The translations under genes were made by a program, and so were the position numbers. Below are positions 1 to 9,204 of a stretch of 64,000 nt of DNA, piece after piece. The DNA is taken from positions 62,001 through 126,000 of the forward strand of contig CALSSD010000009.1 of assembly GCA_943788915.1 (NCBI GenBank), given 5' to 3'. Positions within the stretch are counted from its first letter, which is position 1, and each line of letters begins with the position of its first letter. The notes beneath the pieces were generated by a model that saw only the letters and a program-made list of their open reading frames with translations, did not search any database and was not told the DNA's origin. The stretch is from an uncultured Acidimicrobiales bacterium. GTDB lineage: Bacteria > Actinomycetota > Acidimicrobiia > Acidimicrobiales > UBA10347.

Positions 1-118
1 GGCAATCGCCGATGTCTTCGATCGCATGAGGAGCGTGCTGAACGCAGAACGCACCCGCGCTGTACCCGAACGCAACCACCCGTGGCCCTACGAACCACGC
101 CAACCAACAGCAGGACCG

Positions 119-940
119 ATGACCAAGACACCTCCCCCGCCGGCTCGAGCGCTTCGGAAGCTCGTACAAAAGCTCGGTATGCATCCCGACGATCCCGAGG
201 CCACCAGTTTCAACCTTGCCGGTAAACGTGGCCTTGTTATTGCCACCAACGTTGCCTGGCTCGACATCGCCAAACCAACCGGTGTGTTCGCCAGTGAAAT
301 GACCGTGCCGTACTACGCGTTCCTCGATGCTGGTATGGACGTTGACCTGGCCAGTCCTGCTGGCGGCATGATCGCCGTCGATCCCAAGTCGCTCCGGCCC
401 GTGGTCCGCACGCCAGAGGACGACCGGTTTATGGCAGACGATGACTTTCGCGACAAGGTGGCTCACTCGCTAGCAATCGGCGGCCTCGACATGACCAAGT
501 ACGACGTCGTATTCCTCGCTGGCGGTTGGGGCGCCGCATTCGACTTTGGCTTCTCCGAAGATCTGGGCGTAAAAATCACCGAAGCAAACGCTGCTGGCAA
601 AGTCATCGGCGGCGTGTGCCACGGCCCCCTCGGGCTGCTCAACGCGAAGGCCACCGACGGTTCGCCGCTCGTCGCAGGACGCAAAATCTCGGCGGTCACC
701 GACAAGCAGGTCCATGAACTCGGCATCGATGCGACACCCCACCACCCCGAACGGGAGCTTCGTAGCGCCGGAGCCCTGTTTGAGAGTGAAACCAAGTTCC
801 GTGACCCACTCGCCAACCATTGGGTGGTCGATGGGAACCTGGTGACCGGACAGAACCAAAACGCCGGACCCATGGTGGCCCGAGAAATGATGCAGATCCT
901 GGCCGACCAGGATCGCCACCAGACAGTGAGCGCCTCATGA
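119..940 (+). CDS. DJ-1/PfpI (class I glutamine amidotransferase-like) family protein
   Basis: Motifs TGVFASE..PY, LAGGWGA, nucleophile elbow GGVCHGP and LVTGQN. ATG 119 follows AGGA. The frame is open back to the window edge, so the start is uncertain. Confidence 0.85.
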   Translation: MTKTPPPPARALRKLVQKLGMHPDDPEATSFNLAGKRGLVIATNVAWLDIAKPTGVFASEMTVPYYAFLDAGMDVDLASPAGGMIAVDPKSLRPVVRTPEDDRFMADDDFRDKVAHSLAIGGLDMTKYDVVFLAGGWGAAFDFGFSEDLGVKITEANAAGKVIGGVCHGPLGLLNAKATDGSPLVAGRKISAVTDKQVHELGIDATPHHPERELRSAGALFESETKFRDPLANHWVVDGNLVTGQNQNAGPMVAREMMQILADQDRHQTVSAS

Positions 941-1772
941 GCAACCACGCTGTCCCCCGATATGGCACCATCGATACCGACTACGGCATGCAGTTGGCCA
1001 CCACGGCCCCGGACCAGGATGGCCCGGTGTGGATGGTCAATCTGATGAAGTACCGAGACGTGGCCGAGTACGCCGATGGGCGCGAGTCCTCAATCAGCGG
1101 CAGCGAGGCCGACGACCTGTATTCGCCGCTCGACTCGCTGGCTGCTGTCGGCGCTCGCCCGGTCTTGTTTGGCGACGTCGACCAGCAACTTTTGGGCGAG
1201 GACACCGTGTGGGATCGCATCGGCGGTGGTGAAGTACCCGACCCGCAAGTCGTTCATCGACATGCAGCGCTGCCGAAGTTCAAGGAATCGCACAAACACA
1301 AAGACGCCGGCATGGCCAGCACGATCGTGATGGGAACCCAGCCGATCGCCCAACCGGAGGCGCCACCCGGTCACGCCCGGTCGACTGGGCCGACGTGCCC
1401 CATCCTCCGACCGACGACGACGGCCCCGTCGTGGTGGTCCATGTGCTGCGCTTCCACGATGCCGAGGCGGCACACACCACACCGACACACATGGAGCAGT
1501 ATCAAACCGAAGCCGCCAAGGTGTCGCTCGGACATGGCCTGCGGCTCAATGGCTGGTTCGCGGTCGAAGGCACCATCATCGGCGATGGCCGGGCGTGGCA
1601 TCAGGTGCGTTTCAACGAGTTCCCAAGCAAAGCCGCGTTTATGGCAGTGGTCACCGACCCGAGCAGCCTCGCTGCTCAGAAGGACCACCGAGAAGTTGCG
1701 ATCGCCGATACCTACACCATGATCGTGCGGGCACAGGTCAACATCCTGAACGATTCGATCACTACTCCGTAG
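937..1772 (+). CDS. Two-domain DUF1330-like (dimeric alpha+beta barrel) protein, interrupted by three 1-nt indels
   Basis: ATGA overlap with the upstream stop. The halves GPVWMVNLMKYR...WDRI.VVKYPTRKSFIDM and GPVVVVHVLRF...WHQVRFNEFPSKAAFM resemble each other. Frame switches near 1222, 1267 and 1377. Confidence 0.65.
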
Positions 1773-1807
1773 CTGGCCCCATCACCGAGAGCTACAAACC
1801 CTCGATC

Positions 1808-1837
1808 TCACCATCTGTCACCATTTGTCACCATCTG
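1808..1837. repeat. 10-bp direct repeat x3 (TCACCATYTG)
   Basis: tcaccatctg tcaccatttg tcaccatctg at the 3' end of the glycohydrolase gene. Confidence 0.8.
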
Positions 1838-2887
1838 GTCCATCACGGTGATCGTTCGGCTGACCAGATCATCCAAGACCAGCTCACCAATGCCAGCAAG
1901 TTGCACCGCGACCCGGCCGTTCCATGGCTGGGTCCAATGTTGCGGAATGTCGCGGCCGCTTAGGCCCCACAACCCGCCAACGGTCGCAGCATTGCAGTCG
2001 GTATCCCAGCCAGCAGCTGTCGTCTCACCAATTGCGGCGCTGAAGTCATCGTGTCCGACCAGCAGACCCCACACGACCACTGCCAAATTGTTCACCGTGT
2101 GCACCGGCGACAGATGGTCGTAGCGAGCGTGTATCTGCCCAGGACCGTCGCCGCTGGCTGCGACCTCGGCACCCAACGTCATCGCTTGAGCACATTCCGA
2201 GTCATTCGGTATCAGAGATCGAGCCGTGTCAACCGCTTCCGTGAATGACTGGCCACCGCCTATAGCCGCTCCCATGGCTGCCACCGCCATCGCACCGTAG
2301 ATCCCCTCGGCACGGTGGGACAGCGCTGCATCTCGGTGCGCAAGTTCAGCGGCCTGCTCAGGACGGCCCGGACAAACCCAGCCATACAAATCAGCTCGGA
2401 TCTGTGCGCCGATCCAATCGTTGTGTTGGTTGTCGCTGCACTCTGCAAGGTCGAACCCAGGGTCGGCACCGAAGCTGAACCCGTAATTCGCCTTCGAAAG
2501 CAGCGTTACCAAAGCATCTCGTTCGGCTGTAAAGACGATGCCTCCCGGGAGATAGTTCAGCCATGCCCGGGCGACGTCGGCCGTGTCCAAAGCAGCACCG
2601 TGCTCCTCCAACATCATCAGCGCAAGAACTGAATAATTGATGTCGTCGTCGGGTTCACTCCGGTCGAACTGGCCTCGACAACATTGAGCGAACTGACGAG
2701 CAACCGAGGTGTTCGGCACCAGCGGCACATAGTCGCGCAGCGGAAGCGCCTCTGCAGCGAGAAGGTAGTCGGTGAGTGCTTGACGACCTTCCCGCATCGA
2801 TAACAGCTCAACCGCCTTGCCTAGCTGGCAACCGCTTATCCGGCCTTCCCAAGCTGAACGAATCTGAGTTTCACGCATGCTGGTCAC
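1808..2887 (-). CDS. ADP-ribosylglycohydrolase family protein
   Basis: AWEGRISGCQLGK, PDDDINY, IGAQIRAD and GWDTDCNAATVG metal-binding motifs. Confidence 0.85.
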   Translation of the reverse strand: MTSMRETQIRSAWEGRISGCQLGKAVELLSMREGRQALTDYLLAAEALPLRDYVPLVPNTSVARQFAQCCRGQFDRSEPDDDINYSVLALMMLEEHGAALDTADVARAWLNYLPGGIVFTAERDALVTLLSKANYGFSFGADPGFDLAECSDNQHNDWIGAQIRADLYGWVCPGRPEQAAELAHRDAALSHRAEGIYGAMAVAAMGAAIGGGQSFTEAVDTARSLIPNDSECAQAMTLGAEVAASGDGPGQIHARYDHLSPVHTVNNLAVVVWGLLVGHDDFSAAIGETTAAGWDTDCNAATVGGLWGLSGRDIPQHWTQPWNGRVAVQLAGIGELVLDDLVSRTITVMDQMVTNGDRW

Positions 2888-2997
2888 GCTCTCAACCTAT
2901 TCGTAACCGCACATACGGGTCTTATCTTGAGCGTTTCGGTCGCGCTATGGCCCGGGCAGATAGCGCCCACTTCGAAACGCCACACTAGGGTCGAAAA

Positions 2998-4074
2998 ATG
3001 CCAGTACAGGTGATCGGAATGATCGGGGTGGCGCCGCCTGCTGACGACGCGACAGTGCACATCATTGATGGTGGCCTATCCGCCGACTACCTGGTGGAGT
3101 TCAGCCGAGCCCATGACGAGGCAGGCTTTGACCTAGCGCTCGTCGGCTACACCTCAACCTCGGCTGATGGTTGGTCAGTTGCTACCCATGCAGCTGCGCA
3201 CACGGAACGCCTTGGTTATTTGATTGCGCACCGCCCCGGATTCGTGTCGCCAACGCTCGCAGCTCGCAAGGCTGCAACATTCGACCAGCTCAGCAAAGGT
3301 CGGCTTGCCCTACACATCATCGCCGGGGCTAGTGATCATGATCAGCGCCGCGACGGTGACTTCATGGCCAAGGCTGAACGTTACGAACGAGCGGGCGAAT
3401 ACATCGAGATCATGCGAAGAACCTGGACCGCGGACCAACCATTCGACGTCGACACGAAACACTTCCAGATGAAAGACGTGCGGTCCGACGTTCGCCCCTT
3501 CCAACAACCGTCACCTCCGGTATTCTTCGGAGGCTCTTCTACCGAAGCGCTCGACATGGGTGCTGAACATTGCGATGTCTACGCAGTGTTTGCCGAGCCG
3601 TTGGCTGACACCGCCGTCCGCTTCGACGACTTCCGGGCCCGGGCCGCGCTCTACGGCCGGAGTGCCTCGTTTTCGATGAGTGTGCGGCCCATCATCGCCC
3701 CAACCGAGGGCCAGGCATGGGACAAGGCTCACCGCATCCTGGCATCGATCGAGAACAGCACCTCTGCTGGCGCTTCCCCCTACGACAAGGGCGGAGAACG
3801 TATGCTCGCCCACGCTGCAGCCAACGATGTTCACGACGAGCGCCTGTGGTTAAAGATCGCTGCAGCAACCGGTGCACCCGGCAACACGTCGTGTCTTGTC
3901 GGAACCGCCGAACAAGTCGCTGACGCTCTTCTTGAGTACTACAAGCTCGGTGGCCTCGACTACGTCCTGATGCGGGGCTTCGACCCACTCAAGGACACCG
4001 TCGAGTTCGGCCACGAGCTCATCCCCCGTCTGAAGGCCGGAGCCGAAGCACTCGATATCGAGGACCCGTCCTAA
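2998..4074 (+). CDS. LLM-class flavin-dependent monooxygenase (SsuD/MsuD-like)
   Basis: AHDEAGFD, IAHRPGF..PTLAARKAATFDQLSKGR, FFGGSS and LVGTAEQVA. Confidence 0.9.
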   Translation: MPVQVIGMIGVAPPADDATVHIIDGGLSADYLVEFSRAHDEAGFDLALVGYTSTSADGWSVATHAAAHTERLGYLIAHRPGFVSPTLAARKAATFDQLSKGRLALHIIAGASDHDQRRDGDFMAKAERYERAGEYIEIMRRTWTADQPFDVDTKHFQMKDVRSDVRPFQQPSPPVFFGGSSTEALDMGAEHCDVYAVFAEPLADTAVRFDDFRARAALYGRSASFSMSVRPIIAPTEGQAWDKAHRILASIENSTSAGASPYDKGGERMLAHAAANDVHDERLWLKIAAATGAPGNTSCLVGTAEQVADALLEYYKLGGLDYVLMRGFDPLKDTVEFGHELIPRLKAGAEALDIEDPS

Positions 4075-4084
4075 CGGCGCTCAG

Positions 4085-4978
4085 TCAGACAACGTCCGGA
4101 GCGGTGATCCCTGGCAGCAGGAAGCAGATGCACGTGCCCCCGTCCAGACCTGGCTCGACACCCACGGCTCCTCGGTGGCGTTCGATGACCCGCTTGACGA
4201 ACGCCAGCCCTACGCCGATGCCGGGTCGTTCGTCTAAGATCTCAGGCCGTGAAAACATTTTGAATACTTCATCGGCCCGCTCCGGGTCTATGCCGATCCC
4301 GTTATCGCTACACCGGATTTTCCACCAGGACCGGTGTTCATCCACGAAATATTCGTGGAACTCGGCGTCAACCACGACTCGCAGCGAGCGGTCGAGATCT
4401 CGATACTTGATCGCGTTGTCAACCAGATTCTGCACCACCTGTCGGATCAGTGACGCTTCGACCTCGACCACGGGCAGGTCGCCGATCTCGATCGTTGCTC
4501 CGATCTCTCGTAGCTCCGAAGCCATCGGTCCAACGGTTTCGCTCACCAGCTCGTTGAGATCTACCGCCTGTCGGGTATCGGTCGACGCGGTCACGTGCGC
4601 ATACGCCAGGGTGTCCTTCAGTAATTCACTCAGATGATTCACTTGGGACGCAATCGTTTGGGCATAACCCCGAGCCTTTGGCGGCAGTTCTCCGGTCTCG
4701 CGTTGCAAGAGCTGTAGATAGGAGCCGATTCGTCGCACGGGAGCACTGAGATCGTGGGCGACGACTGCCGCAAAATTCTCCAGATCGCGATTTGACTGCG
4801 CGAGTCGCTCGACATGGTTAGCAAGTTGGGCGCGATCGGTGATGCGGCCAACCGCTTGAGCAACATGGGGCACGATCTTCTCCATAACCGAATAGTGCTC
4901 GCTGGTCACCGGTTCATCATTCGCGAATCTGAAGAAGCACACCCCGACTATTTGATCACCGATCTCTAACGGATACAC
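4085..4978 (-). CDS. Sensor histidine kinase (GAF tail + HisKA + HATPase), apparently 5'-truncated
   Basis: H-box AHDLSAP, N-box QNLVDNAIKY, G1 DNGIGI and G2 GIGVGLAFV. The ORF begins mid-GAF (YPLEIGDQIVGV). Confidence 0.85.
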   Translation of the reverse strand: MYPLEIGDQIVGVCFFRFANDEPVTSEHYSVMEKIVPHVAQAVGRITDRAQLANHVERLAQSNRDLENFAAVVAHDLSAPVRRIGSYLQLLQRETGELPPKARGYAQTIASQVNHLSELLKDTLAYAHVTASTDTRQAVDLNELVSETVGPMASELREIGATIEIGDLPVVEVEASLIRQVVQNLVDNAIKYRDLDRSLRVVVDAEFHEYFVDEHRSWWKIRCSDNGIGIDPERADEVFKMFSRPEILDERPGIGVGLAFVKRVIERHRGAVGVEPGLDGGTCICFLLPGITAPDVV

Positions 4979-4980
4979 GG

Positions 4981-5759
4981 ATTCATGAGCTAACCCAGGC
5001 CGAACCGCTCGATGTGCAACTCGTGGTCACCGCTGGCCCTGCAGGTTCCGACGCTGATATCGAACGAGCCACAGAAAATCTCGATGCGGGTCTACAGGCA
5101 CTAGAGGCCGTGGGCATTGCGGCTGCTGGCAGGGTCGGACAGGCCGATCCAATGGCCGCTATCGCATACAACCTGAAGACCAACCCGGCGGTCAACTTGG
5201 TGGTGTTGTCCACCGGGCCACTTGGCAATAGCCGATGGGTTGCGATGGATCTACCGCATCGTGTTTTACGTCGATTCGACGTCGCTGTGGAACACATTGT
5301 TGGCACACCACTCGACGCAACTCCTACCGCCCACGTTGCCACGACACCGGTCAAGGTGTTACTCGTTGAGGACGATCAACACGACATTGAGCTCGCAACT
5401 ATCGCCCTTGAGAACTTGGAGACTCCAGTAGAGATATTGGTGGCCCGCACCGGGGCACACGCGGTGCAGTACATGGCCGAGGCCTCGCCTCGCCCTGATC
5501 TTGTGCTACTCGACCTCAAGATGCCTGTCATGGACGGACTTACCATGCTCGAAGAATTCGAGTCGACGTTAGGTCTCGACTCGCTCAACGAACTCAACAT
5601 TGTTGTGGTGTCAAGCTCGGCTGCGGACACCGATCGGGATCAGGCCTAGCTCTTGGGGCCAAGGCCTATGTCATCAAACAGCCCGACTTCGATGAGTTCC
5701 AGGCAACGCTCAAATCTCTGGTTGATGAGGTTGTCCAGCACGATGTGGCCAAAAGATAA
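4981..5759 (+). CDS. USP-like domain + receiver-domain response regulator, 5'-truncated and frameshifted near 5647
   Basis: VLLVEDD and PDLVLLDLKMPVMDG. The C-terminus (ALGAKAYVIKQPDFDEF...VAKR*) continues in another frame after GCCTAG. The N-domain has LSTGP..SRWVAMDLPHRV. Confidence 0.75.
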
Positions 5760-5768
5760 AAGTCGCCT

Positions 5769-5816
5769 TCGTTTCGATCTGGCGTCGTTTCGGTCAGGCG
5801 TCGTTTCGGTCTGGCC
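5769..5816. repeat. 16-bp direct repeat x3 (TCGTTTCGRTCWGGCS) in a convergent intergenic gap
   Basis: tcgtttcgatctggcg / tcgtttcggtcaggcg / tcgtttcggtctggcc. Confidence 0.8.
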
Positions 5817-5818
5817 TG

Positions 5819-6283
5819 TCAGCTCAACTGCGGCACCCGCTCGAGACTCTCGGTGAGGTCGATCTCATCGATCCACGGACCGACCCCGCTGATGCGATCA
5901 ATCGTCACCCGCACGACGGCGCACGTGGGCGAGTCGCGAAGAGCCAATGGGTGGTGCGTCAAACCGGTGTACTTACGCGCCAGTTGATCCATGAGTGCCG
6001 GGTCTGGCCCGACCTCGATACGGGCTGTGCCTCGGATCACCAGGTGTCGTTGATAGCCGCGTTCGTTTCGTTCGGTGTCTTCGATTGATAACACGACCTT
6101 GGGGTCACGCCGTAGATTGAGAGCTTTCTGGCTATGCGCGTCGGTGCCGAAAAGTATCTCGTCGCCCTGGGCGATGACCCACACCACCGAAACCTGGGGC
6201 GTGCCATTCTTGTTCATGGTCCAACAGTGCGCTACAGCGTCGGTGCCGAGCAGGGTCTGAACGGGAGCGGATATCGAGACCAT
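5819..6283 (-). CDS. PPOX-class F420-dependent oxidoreductase
   Basis: TMNKNGTPQVSVVW, QKALNLRRDPKVVLSI and QLARKY. GGAGG precedes ATG 6283. Confidence 0.85.
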   Translation of the reverse strand: MVSISAPVQTLLGTDAVAHCWTMNKNGTPQVSVVWVIAQGDEILFGTDAHSQKALNLRRDPKVVLSIEDTERNERGYQRHLVIRGTARIEVGPDPALMDQLARKYTGLTHHPLALRDSPTCAVVRVTIDRISGVGPWIDEIDLTESLERVPQLS

Positions 6284-6533
6284 GAGTGCCTCCAAGGCAT
6301 TGTTTTATGTCACTAACTCCAAAGTCCCACGCAATCGTTGACTTCGCAAGGCCTTAGGTCCCACAGCGGACAACCCTCTTCGAACAGCTGCCCACGTACT
6401 TCTGCGGACAGCCACGGCTCAATGTCCTAAAATAGGGCTACATCAACCGGGTCGAACGAGCTCTCTCAGCCTTCCACTAGATCACACTCGTGTAACACGA
6501 CACGGCAAACCACTGGACTACTTAAAGGGCGCC

Positions 6534-7403
6534 ATGTCAGCCATCAGCTTCACCGAGAGCCGCCCCACCGAGATCCTCGCCAACCTCCATGAATCGGCCG
6601 GTGCCGAACGCGAGTATCTCTTTGCCAGCCACGACGCGGACAATCACGACCTGATACTTGTTGCCTGGCACCAGACCAAGGCCATTGGTTACCTTGCCGC
6701 AACCGATCAACGACCCGACGAACTGCTCGTGTGGGAACACCTGGTCGTGCCCCAGTACCGCAACCAAGGCATCGGCAAACAACTCTTGCTCGAAGCGGCC
6801 AAACGGATACCTCCGCACGCCCACATCATCATCGACCCTATGGGCGAACTCGACACCGAACGAGTTATGGACTACTACGCTGGCCTCGGTTTCACCGCCA
6901 ACGATAAGACCAAACGGGTACAGGCGACTGCCTCCGAGATCGTGGTGCTACTCGGTGAACAACGCGAAGACGCCACCACCATCGACACCATCCTGGCCAC
7001 CAAAACACCCGGTGTAGTCACCATCAGCCCTTCCGCCCCTATCCAAGAAGCTTTGGGGCTCATGAACGAGCTACGCATCGGCGCCATCGTGGCGTCTACC
7101 GACGGCAGCCGAATCGAAGGAATCCTTTCTGAACGCGACCTACTCGTGGGCATCGACACCCATGGGAGCGCGTACCTTGATCGCACCGTCGCCGAGTGCA
7201 CAACCAGCAATGTTGTCACCGCCACGACCGATGACCTCATTTCACACGTCATGGACACGATGACGAGCCGACGTATTCGCCACCTTCCCATCACCAACAC
7301 CGGCCGGCTCGTCGGGATAATCAGCGTTGGTGATCTCCTTCTGTTTCGACTCAATCAGCTCACTGATCCCGCGACCACACCTACAGAACAGGACCCGAGT
7401 TAG
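6534..7403 (+). CDS. GNAT acetyltransferase domain fused to a CBS-domain pair
   Basis: Acetyl-CoA motif VVPQYRNQGIGKQLL and YYAGLGF. CBS pair GILSERD...MTSRRIRHLPI..GRLVGIISVGD. Confidence 0.8.
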   Translation: MSAISFTESRPTEILANLHESAGAEREYLFASHDADNHDLILVAWHQTKAIGYLAATDQRPDELLVWEHLVVPQYRNQGIGKQLLLEAAKRIPPHAHIIIDPMGELDTERVMDYYAGLGFTANDKTKRVQATASEIVVLLGEQREDATTIDTILATKTPGVVTISPSAPIQEALGLMNELRIGAIVASTDGSRIEGILSERDLLVGIDTHGSAYLDRTVAECTTSNVVTATTDDLISHVMDTMTSRRIRHLPITNTGRLVGIISVGDLLLFRLNQLTDPATTPTEQDPS

Positions 7404-7424
7404 CCCCTACGAGCGGCCGAATTA

Positions 7425-7946
7425 TTAGCGGCCCAGCAGGATCTTCTCGACCTGAGGTGCTGCGATCGCAGCTCGGCCGCGCAGCTCTGCGTCGGTCAGG
7501 CTGGTAATCGGGTGAGCGACCTCGGCGAAACCCATATGGTCCAGCCCGTGGAGTTCGGTGACATATCGGGCGGTGACGGCGAAGGGTGAGGTCACGATCG
7601 CTGCCGCGGGGACCCCAGCCTTTTCGAAAAGAACGGCGTCGAACACACTGCCCGACGAGCAACTACCTCAATCGCCGATCGCTGAGATCGCCGCCATAAC
7701 CGCCTCGGCTGCTGGCGCTGCGTCTGCAGGATCCCCGCCGTAGCCGGGGCTAGGTGGCCCAACGAGGACCGTGTCGGCGATCGACCACGTCTTGCGGAGT
7801 TCGTCGATTACGTACTCCATCAGTTCACGACCGTGGGTCTTGCCGTTGTGGATCAACGCAATGGTGGCACCATCGAGTGAACGAAGGCGCGGCGCCAAGT
7901 CGGGCGTTTCGTGGGCCAGTGCCTGTCGAGGGTCCAGAACAAACAT
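7425..7946 (-). CDS. UGSC-family selenoprotein (Sec at UGA 7670-7668, residue 93 of 173)
   Basis: ORFs 7668..8015 and 7425..7646 are in frame and joined by one TGA: AIGD-U-GSCSSGSVFDAVLFEKAGVP. A hairpin follows the UGA. Confidence 0.85.
7637..7657 (-). promoter_or_regulatory. Putative bacterial SECIS hairpin for the UGSC gene
   Basis: CGUCGGGCA-GUG-UGUUCGACG: 9-bp stem with two G-U pairs, starting 11 nt after the UGA. Confidence 0.6.
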
Positions 7947-7948
7947 GG

Positions 7949-9073
7949 CTACTCCGGTACGTCGTTGGTCATGATTGCGCGGGTAATGATTGGACAGCCG
8001 CGGCCGCGGCTCCACGATGGGAAGAACGCCGAGTGTCCTCCTGCGGTTCCGCCGCCGACCATGACCAGGATGTCATCGGGCGAGTGGCCCCTATGAACCA
8101 GGATCTGTTCGTCGCCCGGCTGGATCTTCTGATCGCCGCTCGGATACCACCGAGGATCGTGCCAGTCTGGCTCCCGAGCGGCGTCGTCTTCAATCTTTCC
8201 TGACCGCTTGAGGGTCGCCAGATCTCGGCATGCATGGTCGTACAGATACTGAGACACGCGTTCGACGCTCCAGCCAGCGTCGCCCAGTTTGTGGGCGTGT
8301 TCAGGTGCGAACACCACCACGGAGCGTCCGTTGCTGAAGCTGCCCAGGGCCGCCATGGAGTCTGCGAAGGTGTCCAACAACGCGGCAGGGTCAGCGGTGC
8401 CATGGTTGACGACGTTGTGTCCAGACTCGCTTGCGAACACCGTGACTGCCGACTCTGCTTCGCCGCCAAGACGCTCATGCAGCGAGGGCCACGGCGAATG
8501 CTCGACGTTCTCACCGAAGCACAAACTGAACTTGCCCGGCCATCCCTGCGTCGACTTGTCGAGCTGGCCGGGGATAGCGGCCAACGAGTTCATCTGCACC
8601 AACCGAATCGTGCGACCGATGGTCGCGTTGGCCCGAAAACCAGGCCCAAACAAATTTTCCCGGCTATGGATGCCGATCCGATCGGCGATCCCACCAGTGA
8701 CGATCACCATGATCGTCGCTCCACCAGTACTCGCGGTTGGCAAATGGAGTTTGAAGCCAGGTTCACCGATCGCCTCGAGTGCAGCACCAATGACCGGAAA
8801 GTACTCAGGGAGTGCTCCGGCCATCACCGCGTTGACCGCTGCCTGATAGGCGGTCACTTGCATATCCCGTGTCGGGACCTCGATCAAAACATGATCGGGC
8901 GTCCACTGTCCGGCGTTGAGCATGGCTGCAACCAGATCAGGGGTCGGAGCCACCACCGGCAAACCATCGGTCAGCCCAAGCTCATACAGTGCCTCGGTTG
9001 GTGTTGCGTCGATCTTGAGCTCGAATCCCGGTCGTGCCCCAGGGTGCCTGGCGACCAACTCGCTCTCATCCAT
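7949..9073 (-). CDS. Conserved uncharacterised protein of the type that partners UGSC selenoproteins
   Basis: TDGLPVVAPT, AVNAVMAGALPEYFPV and GPGFRANATIGR. It stops 2 nt before the UGSC ATG. The start is uncertain. Confidence 0.7.
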   Translation of the reverse strand: MDESELVARHPGARPGFELKIDATPTEALYELGLTDGLPVVAPTPDLVAAMLNAGQWTPDHVLIEVPTRDMQVTAYQAAVNAVMAGALPEYFPVIGAALEAIGEPGFKLHLPTASTGGATIMVIVTGGIADRIGIHSRENLFGPGFRANATIGRTIRLVQMNSLAAIPGQLDKSTQGWPGKFSLCFGENVEHSPWPSLHERLGGEAESAVTVFASESGHNVVNHGTADPAALLDTFADSMAALGSFSNGRSVVVFAPEHAHKLGDAGWSVERVSQYLYDHACRDLATLKRSGKIEDDAAREPDWHDPRWYPSGDQKIQPGDEQILVHRGHSPDDILVMVGGGTAGGHSAFFPSWSRGRGCPIITRAIMTNDVPE

Positions 9074-9204
9074 CTGACGAACCATGACGGCACAGTAGTG
9101 CACCAGCCCGAAGCCCCATTTCTTCACCAGATGTCGCCCCACCTTGTGTCCCAGGTGTGTGGTGTTGCAGGCTGTTACAACGCTACGAACAAGGGATGCT
9201 CGTT

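Noticed and set aside
1808..2887. ADP-ribosylglycohydrolase as an antitoxin or defence component
   Set aside because: No ADP-ribosyltransferase or toxin gene is recognisable nearby.
5647..5649. Pyrrolysine or amber read-through in the response regulator
   Set aside because: The homologous C-terminus continues in a different frame, so this is a 1-nt deletion rather than read-through.
6495..6533. c-di-GMP-I riboswitch (GGCAAAC seen)
   Set aside because: The GNRA-capped P2 stem and the following GACGCAAAG segment are missing.
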